A DNA stretch of 64,000 nt from an uncultured Elusimicrobia bacterium (GCA_964537395.1 CAZIBN010000007.1:2843-66842); one strand, 5' to 3'; counted from the first letter of the stretch, positions 19,001 to 27,110 are shown. Notes: generated by a model from the letters alone, not told the origin. Numbers and translations are program-made.

Positions 19001-19151
19001 CGGCCGGTGCCGCGACGGCGCCCGCGGCCGAAGAGGCGGACGAGACGGGCGCGATGACGCGGGCGGTCTGCGCCCATGCCGGCCAGGGCGCGAGCACGAC
19101 GACGAACGAAACGACGAGGGACGCAACGGAGCGAAGCGCGCGTGATTTCAT
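16017..19151 (-). CDS. fusion protein: N-terminal signal-like hydrophobic segment + Ala/Ser/Pro linker + ATP-grasp ligase domain + C-terminal 12-TM MFS transporter
   Basis: N-terminus MKSRALRSVASLVVSFVVVLAPWPAWAQTA. ATP-grasp motifs: KYKVMIKTSRGENSRFLDL, EVVMQDGKAAFAIV, RLDLFSTPDGPRVIEINPFMGG. The last ~430 aa are 12 TM, MFS-like. An extended -10-like TGCTAACAT lies 8 nt upstream of the ATG at 19151. Confidence 0.7.
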   Translation of the reverse strand: MKSRALRSVASLVVSFVVVLAPWPAWAQTARVIAPVSSASSAAGAVAAPAANVSVISLLSPSFGSLSAPSLQASGAPVPLERASVPAAIAAQAPILPAASALPEPASPSPASAQPASVIALSPAAAAEAAVRGKTVVMVGTKGSRPFIMQEALRVAKELGLNLVLVDDPANRKNSIDSIPDSNFIAAPINTRDGKTMGKIAETVAAHPEGAKAHAVVGFMSLYASLTGRITDKLGAKGIAGDVVAAADNKPEARKRLNVDASQHVAYAVIGSEKEARQAYHEISEEGKYKVMIKTSRGENSRFLDLNIKSENEAAAAYLKMDAAVRDFVARPEARQTTFSTHPGLMMERMLEKNPGTEETSVEVVMQDGKAAFAIVSDTKGLGQKGELAGGILVFPGQTAVADHAELIAASERALKALGLKDGNARLDLFSTPDGPRVIEINPFMGGVAIWQAVKSLTGMSLVEQGLRSILGLKVDPGHTPDGVIHYTFLASSRNGTLESVEGLEAARKVPGVELARVFVEAGDRIVAAKGNAYEEWAEIIGKGKTWRDAIRSALLASRRLVLKIKRDNGEIVRARGDYQQPTAQDLVPELKTQSPSSQLPPAAEAAPTPAPGLFSKVVLGFLSTFVLVSTVVESTSLAVSQMTQPLTQGFLALAGLTVVSYLAYTAGALFGGRWVDKFGISRTYRTVLTVRTGIWITIALLFNPLTGTLPLAALIGLFSLDYFFHSIGRVAEHKLQVAWFHDKPTSSSRFGSFRDFIEYGTVFVASAMGLAIAAFGFGAVIYPAPVAFAIAAGLAFLLKLPKATPAAAVEAKKAGWGAGFRGVFKNPGIAKPLLGYILLSSFLYMMYYIIATAFGAYVAGDPKHAAAVAGSLTGLYGVGALFGALAMDRLSRLIDKKTALLPEAERDDAGRKLYAKSAAKSLIWTAAAMLGSWAFVSQTVLFTFVWPIFPISPLLLLIGFTSQMAIIHLDTIMKDRIPKEDKALAGSILGAIRTLTYLSFVAGFLLWGGLFAGFGTATFWMFAAFYTGVALVYLKLARWLKTQ

Positions 19152-19285
19152 TGAGTGTGATGTTAGCACGCGGTAACCGCGCACGTTGTCAAAATTGGTC
19201 CCACTCGGGGGAGGCAATCGCACTACCTTTACAGTGGGACCTTCGACTCTCGATGGTGGGTCCAAGGTCCCCGCGCCGGAAGAAA

Positions 19286-20152
19286 ATGATACGATGCGCC
19301 ATGCGAAAAAATGCATTTTTCTGCTTGGTGCTCATCGCCATGTGCATCTCCGCGACGGCGGCCGCGCCGTCGAAAGCTCCCGTCGTTCCCGACGCGCTGA
19401 TCGTCCGAGCCGTCTCCTGGGACTATTCCTGGAAGCCTTCGACGGACAAGGAGTGGGATGCTCGCGTCATCAGCGAGGTCGCCGCCGCCGCCAAGGCCGG
19501 GGCCGACGTCATCGTATTCCCGGAGCAGTTCTCGAACGGGCGCAGCCTCGAGGGCGTACTCTCCAGCGTCAGGGATGCCGCTGGCGCCGAGCGCCTCGTA
19601 GTTCTCGGCAACGCGCCGTATCAGGAGGCGGGCTGGGATCATGTCGTCAGCCGCGCCTATGTTCTCTCCGGCGGCTCCTGGCAGGTGATGGATAAGGTCG
19701 ACCCCACTCCGGCCGAGCGCGCGCAGAAGCCGCCGGTGAAGCCCGGCACGCGCTTCCCTCTGTTCCGCTTCCGCGGCGCGGTGGTCGCGGTACTTCCGGC
19801 GTTCTCGATCGAGAAGCCCGAGATCGCCGCTTCCATGAAGAAGCGCGCGGTCCAGCTCGTGCTCGTCTCCGCGCCCGCCGAGGACGAGGAAGGCTCGGCT
19901 CGCGTCTTGCGCGCCGCCTCCGCCCGCGCGGTCGAGCTCGGCGCCGCGGTCGTGGTCGCGACTCCGTCCTCCGCGGCACCCTCGCTCCATCTGCCCGCGC
20001 AAAAGGGATTCGAACTCAAGCCTCAGGCGCCCAAGGGGCGCGACTTCCGTCTTCCCTGGAAGAAGATCCTCGATCTGCGCGCCCAGCCCGACGGTAAGGG
20101 CGAAGCGCGCCCCTTCCTCGATCCGGCGCCGTACTACCAGATCGAGATTTAG
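19286..20152 (+). CDS. secreted carbon-nitrogen hydrolase (nitrilase/Lnt-like) homologue lacking the catalytic Cys (probable pseudo-enzyme)
   Basis: Signal peptide MIRCAMRKNAFFCLVLIAMCISATAAA. The Glu motif DVIVFPEQF is present and a Lys region (VMDKVDP) is present. At the ICYE position the sequence reads LPAF. SD GGAAG precedes the start. Confidence 0.5.
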   Translation: MIRCAMRKNAFFCLVLIAMCISATAAAPSKAPVVPDALIVRAVSWDYSWKPSTDKEWDARVISEVAAAAKAGADVIVFPEQFSNGRSLEGVLSSVRDAAGAERLVVLGNAPYQEAGWDHVVSRAYVLSGGSWQVMDKVDPTPAERAQKPPVKPGTRFPLFRFRGAVVAVLPAFSIEKPEIAASMKKRAVQLVLVSAPAEDEEGSARVLRAASARAVELGAAVVVATPSSAAPSLHLPAQKGFELKPQAPKGRDFRLPWKKILDLRAQPDGKGEARPFLDPAPYYQIEI

Positions 20153-20231
20153 AAGATCGGGGCCGTCCTGGTCCTATAATAAGGAAGAGCGGCGCAATAC
20201 GCACGCAACACCCCGCAGCTAAACTGCGGGT

Positions 20232-20780
20232 ATGGGAATCCTCTCGCTGCTCTTCGTCGCGTTCCTGTCCGCGCCCGCGTTCGCGGGCGAGCGCATGACG
20301 GTGCGCGATGCCGGCGGCTTCGATCCTTCGGGCCGGACCGTGGAATTCCCGGACCGCTTCGGCTGGCGCGGCTACGAGGCTGAGTTCTCGTTTTCGTTCG
20401 GTGAGGATGGGAAAGTGTCGGGCGCCTCACGGCTCAATATCGTGATCCTGCGTCGCGGCGGGGGGAAATGGAAGTACTCGTGCCGCGCTTCGAGCGACGA
20501 TCTCGCGTCTCGCGTCGTGCCTCTTGGCGGACGGATCTCCGTGATCGCCGAGTGCCGGGTCAAGCCGAAGGCTTTCGCTAAAGCCGTCGATCTCGACGCC
20601 GAGGACGTCGGCGCGCCTGTATTCGTCTTCGAGGCCGTCATCGAGAACGGCCAGGCGCGCGCAGGCGGCCAGCGCGGGCTGCGCTTCCGGCCCGATTCTC
20701 CGGTGGCGTCTTTGGACCTGAGCCCATTCGCGGCGTCTCCCGACGCCGCCGGCCTGGCCGTCCTATTTCGCGCAGACTGA
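20232..20780 (+). CDS. small secreted hypothetical protein (182 aa)
   Basis: Signal peptide MGILSLLFVAFLSAPAFAGE. No recognisable domain. Confidence 0.5.
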   Translation: MGILSLLFVAFLSAPAFAGERMTVRDAGGFDPSGRTVEFPDRFGWRGYEAEFSFSFGEDGKVSGASRLNIVILRRGGGKWKYSCRASSDDLASRVVPLGGRISVIAECRVKPKAFAKAVDLDAEDVGAPVFVFEAVIENGQARAGGQRGLRFRPDSPVASLDLSPFAASPDAAGLAVLFRAD

Positions 20781-20942
20781 AGCTGGTCGGTGGTCCTCTA
20801 ATAGGATGCTAGGACCCCTCAGGCCTAATTAGGCGTAGGCCGTTTGTCTGGGCCCCGCTTACCCATCTGCACCAGTCCCTTTCCCGGAAGTTCCTCTATA
20901 ATTCAGCAACGCCGCAGGTCGTTCTATTTAGAGGAGCCGATA

Positions 20943-23900
20943 ATGATCATCGAGAGAACCGTCGCGAAGAAGTCCCTGGCCGTGACCCTGGCCCTGGCCC
21001 TTTTCGCTTCCGCGCCGATGAGCGCCTGGTCTCAGACCCAGTCCGCAGCGGCCCGCGCGGGAAATAGCGCCGGAATCATCGGCGCCGTTGGCACGATGGG
21101 CACCATGACCCCGAATATGTCGGCGGTAATGGCTCCGGTGACGCTCCCTAGCCTTTCTCTGAACTCTCCGGCCCTCGTAGTCGCCCCCGCGGTGAAGGCG
21201 ATGGCCGCGGCCCCGATCGCTTCGGCGCAGGCGATGCCTGCCGCGGCCATGCCCCTCGCCGTCGAGGCGCACCCGGTGATCGGCCTCATCAACGCTTTGC
21301 AGGCCAAGGGCATCGTTCTGCCCGAGACGATGTCTTCGCGTGAGGACGCAGCTAAACTGATCGTCGCGGCCCAGGCCATGCCCGAGGGCTCGGCCAAGCA
21401 GAACATGATCACGATGGCCGCCGCCATCAACGCCGCGAACAGCTCCGGCTCTTCTGCCGAGCTGGGCAAGATCTGGGACGCCGAGAAGGCTCGCGCCGAA
21501 GCTCCCGAAGCGGCGCCCGTCCAGGCCGGCGGCTGGCGCTCGGTCGTTACGCGCCTGCTCCCCGCTCCGCTCGCGAAGATGGTCGCGAAGAAAGCCTCTG
21601 ACCCTGTTTCGCCGGCGAAGCCGGCAGATCCTGAGGACTACGCGGTGAAGATCGCGGACCTGCACTACGCGCCCTCGGTCGCGCAGCTCCCGGAGAACAC
21701 CTCCGCTATCCCCGTGTCGGACAACCAGGTCGTGGGCCAGGACGCCGCTCTGAAGGCGATCCGGTTCGGCCTGCAGATGCCCGGCCGCCACTACAACCTC
21801 TTCGTCGCCGGCCCGGACGGCTCCGGCCGCGAGACGGCCCTGCGCCACATGCTCCCCGACGTGGCCGCGAAGATGGCGACCCCCGGCGACCGCGTCGCCG
21901 TGACGAATTTCAAGGACAAGGAAAATCCGCTCGTGCTCGAGCTCGCGACGGGCCGCGCCCCGGCGTTCGTGAAGGGCGTGCGCAATTTCGTGGCGACGCT
22001 CAAGTCCTATCTGCCTCAGGTCCTCGGATCGGGCAAGATCGGCGAAGCAAAGAAGCAGATCGTCGCGCAGATCCAGGAAGCCGGTGCTCAGCGCGAGGAG
22101 GCTTTCCAGGCCGAGGTCAAGGCGATCACGCTCGCCGGCGGCCTTTTCACCGTCGAGTTCTTCGCGAAGCCTTCCGGCGAGGGCCGCATGATGGTCGGCC
22201 TCAAGCTCATGCGCAATGGCCAGGCCGTCGATCCCGCCAACATGGACGCGGACATCGCCGCCGGGGCCTACACCCGCGAGCAGATCGAAGCGGCCATGAA
22301 GGAGCGGGACCAGAAATTCCCCGGCGTCATGGAGAAGTTCAAGGCCATGATGGAGCAGAACAACAAGGAGATGGAGGCCGCCCAGGAGCAGATCGGCAAG
22401 ATGGAGACGCAGGCCGTCGCTTCCATCATCAACCAGGCCGGCGCGCCGCTGATGGAGGCGGTCATGCCTGAGGCCAAGGCGACCCCCGAGATGGCCGCGC
22501 TGCAGGCGAAGATCGATGCGTGGTCCGCCGATTTCGAGGCGCGCGTCTCCGCCGTCAACGTCGACGGCTTCGGCATCGCCTTCATCCAGAACGGCAGCAA
22601 GCTCCAGGTCGCCTACACGCACGGCGGCGAGGCTCTGAGCCAGCAGAAGGTCGAAGCGCTCATGAAGGCCGGCCTGACCCCGGCCAAGTTCAAGCAGATC
22701 CAGGAAGCTCTCGGCGCGGCCGTCGAGCCCCTGCTCACCGAGTTCAAGGCGAAGAACCAGGAGTTCGGCGCCGCGCAGCAGGCGCTGGCCAAGAGCCAGC
22801 CCAAGACAACCGCCACGCCGGAGCAGCTCAAGGCCGCCTCCTACGTGAAGGCGCTGATGAACTTCTCGGCGTCCAACTACCAGATCTTCATGGGCAAGAT
22901 CGCCACGCCGGCCGATGAGGACGGCGAGGAAGGGATCAAGGACGCCCCCGGGCAGAAGGCGATGGACGCCCAGGACTTCTTCGAGGCCAGCGTCCTCTCC
23001 AGCAACGGCGGCAAGACGGGCGCCCCGGTGGTCTGGGTCAAGAATCCGTCCCTCGACAAGGTCTTCGGCAAGGCCGACGACAACAAGCGCACGATGATCA
23101 TCCCGGGCGTGGGCCTCGTCAAGGGCGGCGCCCCGGGCGGCCCGACCTTGATCGGCGGCGCGATCCAGCAGGCCGAGGGCGGCTTCCTCGTGCTCGATTT
23201 CATGGACGTGCTGCGCGCTCCGGGCCTGTACCAGGCGTTGATGGCCGCCGTGAAGACCGGCGACGCGTCGATGGTCGAGGGCGGAATCCAGGGCCTGATG
23301 AACGGCAAGGGCGAGGCGTATCACGTCCCGAGCAAGGTCAAGGTCGTGCTGATCGGCTCTCCGAGCCTGCGCATGATGGTGGAGCGCCAGGACCAGGACT
23401 TCGCGATGAACTTTCAGGCGTCCGCCGACTTCCAGTCCACGCTCAAGGTCGGCGAGGAGTCGGTGGCCGGCTACGTGCAGTTCTTCAAGAAGGCCGTGCT
23501 GACGCTCGCCCGAGAGCTCAAGCAGGACGCGACGAACCTGACGCAGGACGCGATGAGCGCCCTCGTCGAGCAGGGCGCGCGCATGGCCGACTCCAATAAG
23601 AAGCTGACCGCGCAGTTTGGCGCGCTGTACAGCGTCGTCCGCGAGGCCACCTATTGGGCGCACGAGGCGGGCCGCAACGAGGTCCGCCGTGAGGACGTGG
23701 ACACCGCGATGCAGACCAAGCAGGATCGCGAGGAGGTCTATCGCCAGCACATGCTTCAGACCTATAAGGACAACGTGTTCGTCGTGGAGACGACCGGCAA
23801 GAAGGTCGGCCAGATCAACGGCCTGGCCGTCATGGGCACCTTCGGCGTGCCGATGCGCATCACCGTGGTGCCTTCCGCCGCGGCGGGCATGGGCGGGATC

Positions 23901-24458
23901 ATCTCGGTGGACCGCAACGCCGGCCCGAACCAGACCGGCTCGTCCTTCAACAAGGCGCTGGGCATCGTCGAGGGCTTCCTCCAGAACCTGTTCGCGCAGA
24001 AGCGGCCGTTTCCGGCGCGCCTCTCGATTTCCTATGAACAGAACTACGGCGGCATCGACGGCGACTCGGCGACCTCGACGGAGATCTACTCGATCCTGTC
24101 GGCGCTCTCGGGTGTTCCGATCGGCCAGAACTTCGCCGTGACCGGCTCGGCCGACCAGTTCGGCAACGTGCAGGCTATCGGCGGCGTGAACCACAAGATC
24201 GAGGGCTTCTACGAGCTCGCGAAGGCTCGCGGCCTGACGGGCGATCAGGGCATCGTGATCCCGCAGGCGAACGTGGCTGACCTCCAGCTCTCGCTCGAGG
24301 TGGTGGAGGCCGTGAAGGCCGGCAAGTTCCACATCTACGCCGTCAGCCACGTCAGCCAGGGCCTCGAGATCCTGACCGGCGTCGCCTACTCGGAGATCCT
24401 CGCCAAGTCGCGCGCGAACCTGGCGCAGATGGGCAAGCCGGAAGCCAAGAAGAACTGA
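20943..24458 (+). CDS. Lon-like protease (COG1067/LonC-like AAA-like module + Lon_C proteolytic domain), 1171 aa, with N-terminal signal peptide and Ala/Met-rich extension
   Basis: GAGGAG SD 6 nt before the ATG. Signal-like MIIERTVAKKSLAVTLALALFASAPMSAWSQ. AAA-like segment NLFVAGPDGSGRETALRHML, a degenerate Walker A with R in place of K. Lon_C Ser-Lys dyad region GGIDGDSATSTEIYSILSAL...GGVNHKIEG. Confidence 0.7.
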   Translation: MIIERTVAKKSLAVTLALALFASAPMSAWSQTQSAAARAGNSAGIIGAVGTMGTMTPNMSAVMAPVTLPSLSLNSPALVVAPAVKAMAAAPIASAQAMPAAAMPLAVEAHPVIGLINALQAKGIVLPETMSSREDAAKLIVAAQAMPEGSAKQNMITMAAAINAANSSGSSAELGKIWDAEKARAEAPEAAPVQAGGWRSVVTRLLPAPLAKMVAKKASDPVSPAKPADPEDYAVKIADLHYAPSVAQLPENTSAIPVSDNQVVGQDAALKAIRFGLQMPGRHYNLFVAGPDGSGRETALRHMLPDVAAKMATPGDRVAVTNFKDKENPLVLELATGRAPAFVKGVRNFVATLKSYLPQVLGSGKIGEAKKQIVAQIQEAGAQREEAFQAEVKAITLAGGLFTVEFFAKPSGEGRMMVGLKLMRNGQAVDPANMDADIAAGAYTREQIEAAMKERDQKFPGVMEKFKAMMEQNNKEMEAAQEQIGKMETQAVASIINQAGAPLMEAVMPEAKATPEMAALQAKIDAWSADFEARVSAVNVDGFGIAFIQNGSKLQVAYTHGGEALSQQKVEALMKAGLTPAKFKQIQEALGAAVEPLLTEFKAKNQEFGAAQQALAKSQPKTTATPEQLKAASYVKALMNFSASNYQIFMGKIATPADEDGEEGIKDAPGQKAMDAQDFFEASVLSSNGGKTGAPVVWVKNPSLDKVFGKADDNKRTMIIPGVGLVKGGAPGGPTLIGGAIQQAEGGFLVLDFMDVLRAPGLYQALMAAVKTGDASMVEGGIQGLMNGKGEAYHVPSKVKVVLIGSPSLRMMVERQDQDFAMNFQASADFQSTLKVGEESVAGYVQFFKKAVLTLARELKQDATNLTQDAMSALVEQGARMADSNKKLTAQFGALYSVVREATYWAHEAGRNEVRREDVDTAMQTKQDREEVYRQHMLQTYKDNVFVVETTGKKVGQINGLAVMGTFGVPMRITVVPSAAAGMGGIISVDRNAGPNQTGSSFNKALGIVEGFLQNLFAQKRPFPARLSISYEQNYGGIDGDSATSTEIYSILSALSGVPIGQNFAVTGSADQFGNVQAIGGVNHKIEGFYELAKARGLTGDQGIVIPQANVADLQLSLEVVEAVKAGKFHIYAVSHVSQGLEILTGVAYSEILAKSRANLAQMGKPEAKKN

Positions 24459-24491
24459 TTCATCTGACTAGCGACGTTTTGAAAGGAGCCT

Positions 24492-24535
24492 CCGTGCGAT
24501 TCGCGTTCGGCGAATCGACGGGGGCTTCTCTTTTT
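24492..24535 (+). terminator. rho-independent terminator after the Lon-like gene
   Basis: Hairpin CCGTGCGATTCGC-GTTC-GGCGAATCGACGG followed by TCTCTTTTT. Confidence 0.6.
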
Positions 24536-24552
24536 ACGGTAAACTGAACCCA

Positions 24553-25416
24553 GTGCACCCTCGCAATCGGCACAGCGGCCGTTACGACTTCGATCTGCTC
24601 GTGAAGAGCTCTCCCGAGCTTGAGGCCGTCGCGTACCTGAATCCTTCCGGGGAGCCCACGATCGACTTCACCGATCCGGAATCGGTGCTGATCCTCAATC
24701 GAGCCCTGCTGAGAACCTATTACGGCGTGAAGGAGTGGGTTCTGCCGCCCGGCTATCTTTGCCCGCCGATCCCTGGCCGAGCCGATTACGTGCATCACGC
24801 GGCGGACCTTCTGGACCTGCGGCGGGGGGACTCCGTTCGGGTGCTCGACGTCGGTGTCGGCGCCAACTGTGTGTATCCGATCATCGGCCGGGCCGAGTAC
24901 GGGTGGCGATTCACGGGCTGCGACACCGATCCTGTCGCCCTGGCCTCCGCGCAGCGCATCGTCGAGTCGAACCCCGGGCTGGCTGGCGGTGTGGATCTGC
25001 GCCTGCAGACGGGCTCCTCATCGATCCTGGAGGGGATCATCAACAGCGGGGAGTCGTTCGACCTCGTGATGTGCAACCCGCCGTTTCACGCGTCGCTCGA
25101 GGACGCGCGTAAGGCCGCCCGCGACAAATGGGAGAAGCTCGGCCGGCAGCCCGAGGCCGAACGTAATTTCGGAGGCGCGGAGAACGAGCTGTGGTCTCCG
25201 GGCGGCGAGGAGGCCTTCGTGCGCCGCCTGATCGAGGAGAGCGCGGACTTCCGGACGCAGGCTCTCTGGTTCACCGTCCTGATCTCGAAGGTCTCGACCT
25301 TGCCCGTCGTCGAGAAGGCCTTGAACAAGGCCGGCGCGCTCCAGCGGCGGCGCATTGACATGGCGCAGGGGCAGAAGAAAAGCCGGATCGCGGCCTGGTC
25401 CTTCCGCGCACCGTAG
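24553..25416 (+). CDS. rlmF: 23S rRNA (adenine1618-N6)-methyltransferase
   Basis: MHPRNRH.GRYDF N-terminus, NPPFH catalytic motif, VLDVGVGANCVYP SAM site. The GTG start lies 7 nt after a TAAACT hexamer. Confidence 0.8.
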   Translation: MHPRNRHSGRYDFDLLVKSSPELEAVAYLNPSGEPTIDFTDPESVLILNRALLRTYYGVKEWVLPPGYLCPPIPGRADYVHHAADLLDLRRGDSVRVLDVGVGANCVYPIIGRAEYGWRFTGCDTDPVALASAQRIVESNPGLAGGVDLRLQTGSSSILEGIINSGESFDLVMCNPPFHASLEDARKAARDKWEKLGRQPEAERNFGGAENELWSPGGEEAFVRRLIEESADFRTQALWFTVLISKVSTLPVVEKALNKAGALQRRRIDMAQGQKKSRIAAWSFRAP

Positions 25417-25441
25417 GGAACTTTTCGACCCCTTCGATCGT

Positions 25442-25897
25442 ATGATTGGTATGAAAGAAATCCTGAATTCTGCCGATCCGGTTCGTGACGCCATCGCGCA
25501 TGGAGAAGCCGCGCCTGCCGCGTTCGCCTCCTGGCCGCTGCCCGAGTTCCTGATGCGCCTGCGCATCCGCTTCAGCCTCAATCGAAAGCAGCTCGCCGCC
25601 AAGGCCGGCGTATCGGCGTCCCTGATCGGGCGCGCCGAGAAGGGCGCCGACGTGCGGCTCAGCACTCTTCGGAAGATATACGCCGCCGTGGGCTGCCGAT
25701 TATTGGTTCTGCCCACGGGGGCGCTTTACGACATGGATTGGACCAACGCGCATCTCGACAACGCGTGGTTCGACGAAGGCCGCGCGCAAGCTCGGTATGG
25801 TCGGGGAGCCGATGATCGAATACGCAATATCAACGTCCCCGGGGAGACCGAAATTCACGGAAACGCTATTTTACTTTCGGCGCCGGAAGTGAAATGA
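25442..25897 (+). CDS. XRE-family helix-turn-helix regulator
   Basis: HTH motif LNRKQLAAKAGVSASLIGRAEKG. Confidence 0.6.
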   Translation: MIGMKEILNSADPVRDAIAHGEAAPAAFASWPLPEFLMRLRIRFSLNRKQLAAKAGVSASLIGRAEKGADVRLSTLRKIYAAVGCRLLVLPTGALYDMDWTNAHLDNAWFDEGRAQARYGRGADDRIRNINVPGETEIHGNAILLSAPEVK

Positions 25898-25906
25898 ACG
25901 GATGCG

Positions 25907-26431
25907 CTAGTAAACGGCTTCCCAGTCGCGGTAGGTCACGCGGAACTCCACGCGCCGGTTCTTGGCGCGGCCCTCGTCGGTCGAGTTGTCCGCGATGGGC
26001 CTCGAGTAGCCCATGCCTTTGAAGCGGATCGTGGGCGGGTCGACTCCCTCCCTGACGAGAAAGCTCTTCACCGCGCGCGCGCGGCGCTCGCTGAGGTCCA
26101 GGTTGTACTCCGACGAGCCCACGCTGTCGGTGTGCGCCAGGCAGATGATCTTCAGGCGCGGATTCTTGATCAGGAGCTGTGCGACGAGGCTCAAGGTCGG
26201 ATCGGACTCGGGCGTGATCGCGTCCCGGTCGAACTCGAATTGGATCTTGGGCAAGGTGCCGGTCTCCACCTTCTTCTGGATGTCGGCCAGCGCTTCGCGC
26301 GCGCGGCGCTCCTCGGCGTCGTTGTCTCGGACGTAGGACTGGCGGTCGTCGTCGTTGATGAGGATGGTGGGGGGGCCCGCTTTGCACGCGCACAGGAGGC
26401 CGAGGACGGCGATGGCGAGGAGTTTATTCAC
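25907..26431 (-). CDS. OmpA-family (Pal-like) envelope protein
   Basis: Signal peptide ending in Cys. OmpA_C motifs LAHTDSVGSSEYNLDLSERRA and NRRVEFRV. The GTG start is chosen because any longer start would cover the tRNA. Confidence 0.7.
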   Translation of the reverse strand: MNKLLAIAVLGLLCACKAGPPTILINDDDRQSYVRDNDAEERRAREALADIQKKVETGTLPKIQFEFDRDAITPESDPTLSLVAQLLIKNPRLKIICLAHTDSVGSSEYNLDLSERRARAVKSFLVREGVDPPTIRFKGMGYSRPIADNSTDEGRAKNRRVEFRVTYRDWEAVY

Positions 26432-26509
26432 GAGGTTAGTGTACCCGCGCGCCGTGCCGCGCGCAAGGACGGAATTGTTAAGAGTGCTATAATCAGATCG
26501 CGGTCTTAC

Positions 26510-26582
26510 CGGGGCGTAGCTCAATTGGCAGAGCGCATGGTTTGGGACCATGAGGTTCCCGGTTCGAGACCGGGCGCCCCGA
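26510..26582 (+). tRNA. tRNA-Pro (anticodon TGG)
   Basis: Cloverleaf folded by hand: acceptor CGGGGCG/CGCCCCG, D-arm GCTC-AATTGGCA-GAGC, anticodon stem CATGG/CCATG with loop TTTGGGA, T-arm CCCGG-TTCGAGA-CCGGG, discriminator A, no encoded CCA. Confidence 0.85.
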
Positions 26583-26633
26583 GACCGCCCCGGTATTGAC
26601 GGCCCGTGCCAATCCGCTATCCTTATTGGGCGC

Positions 26634-27110
26634 ATGAAAACCGTTCTTGCCCTCGCCCTCCTGTTCCTGACCTTCCCGGCCGCGGCCCGCCGCGCAGATC
26701 GGGTCGATGCCGACTTCAAGAAGATCGATCAGCTGATCGAAAGGGGCGAGTACACGAGAGCCCGGGATGCGCTTGACGACGTGCTGGCCGAGCTCAGGCC
26801 GGGGGATCCTCGTCTGGTGCGCTATCACGAGCGCGTCGGGGCCGCCTGGCTGCGCGAGGGAGATATCTCCATGGCGCGATCATCCTTCACGTCTGCGCTC
26901 AAGGTGATCCAGCGTCTGAAGGTCTCCGACGACGCCGCCGCGAGAGCCTACGCCGGCATGGGCCTGTGCCTGAGGCGTGAGGAGAACGACAGCTACGCCC
27001 TCAAGTTCTTCAAGAGGGCGCTTGGCTTCAAGCTCGACGAGGGTACCAGGATGTTCGTGGAGGACCAGATCCGCGAGATCGAAGGCCTTCCGCCCGTTCC
27101 CGCCCGCTAG
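26634..27110 (+). CDS. secreted TPR-like protein
   Basis: Signal peptide MKTVLALALLFLTFPAAA followed by a helical TPR-like repeat region. Confidence 0.5.
   Translation: MKTVLALALLFLTFPAAARRADRVDADFKKIDQLIERGEYTRARDALDDVLAELRPGDPRLVRYHERVGAAWLREGDISMARSSFTSALKVIQRLKVSDDAAARAYAGMGLCLRREENDSYALKFFKRALGFKLDEGTRMFVEDQIREIEGLPPVPAR

Noticed and set aside
17935-19176. 380-aa minus-strand and 316-aa plus-strand ORFs inside the ATP-grasp region
   Set aside because: Out-of-frame with the ATP-grasp motifs. Low-complexity Arg/Ala composition.
20928-24350. 1140-aa minus-strand ORF antisense to the Lon-like gene
   Set aside because: Same GC-rich antisense artefact (RR, GG and DD runs). The sense strand has Lon_C catalytic motifs and an SD.
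20943-24458. Lon-like protease considered as BREX BrxL
   Set aside because: No brxA/B/C, pglX or pglZ genes anywhere in the window.
26510-26582. tRNA-Pro as the attachment site of a genomic island
   Set aside because: There is no integrase, no direct repeat of the tRNA 3' end downstream, and no compositional break. Flanking genes look chromosomal.
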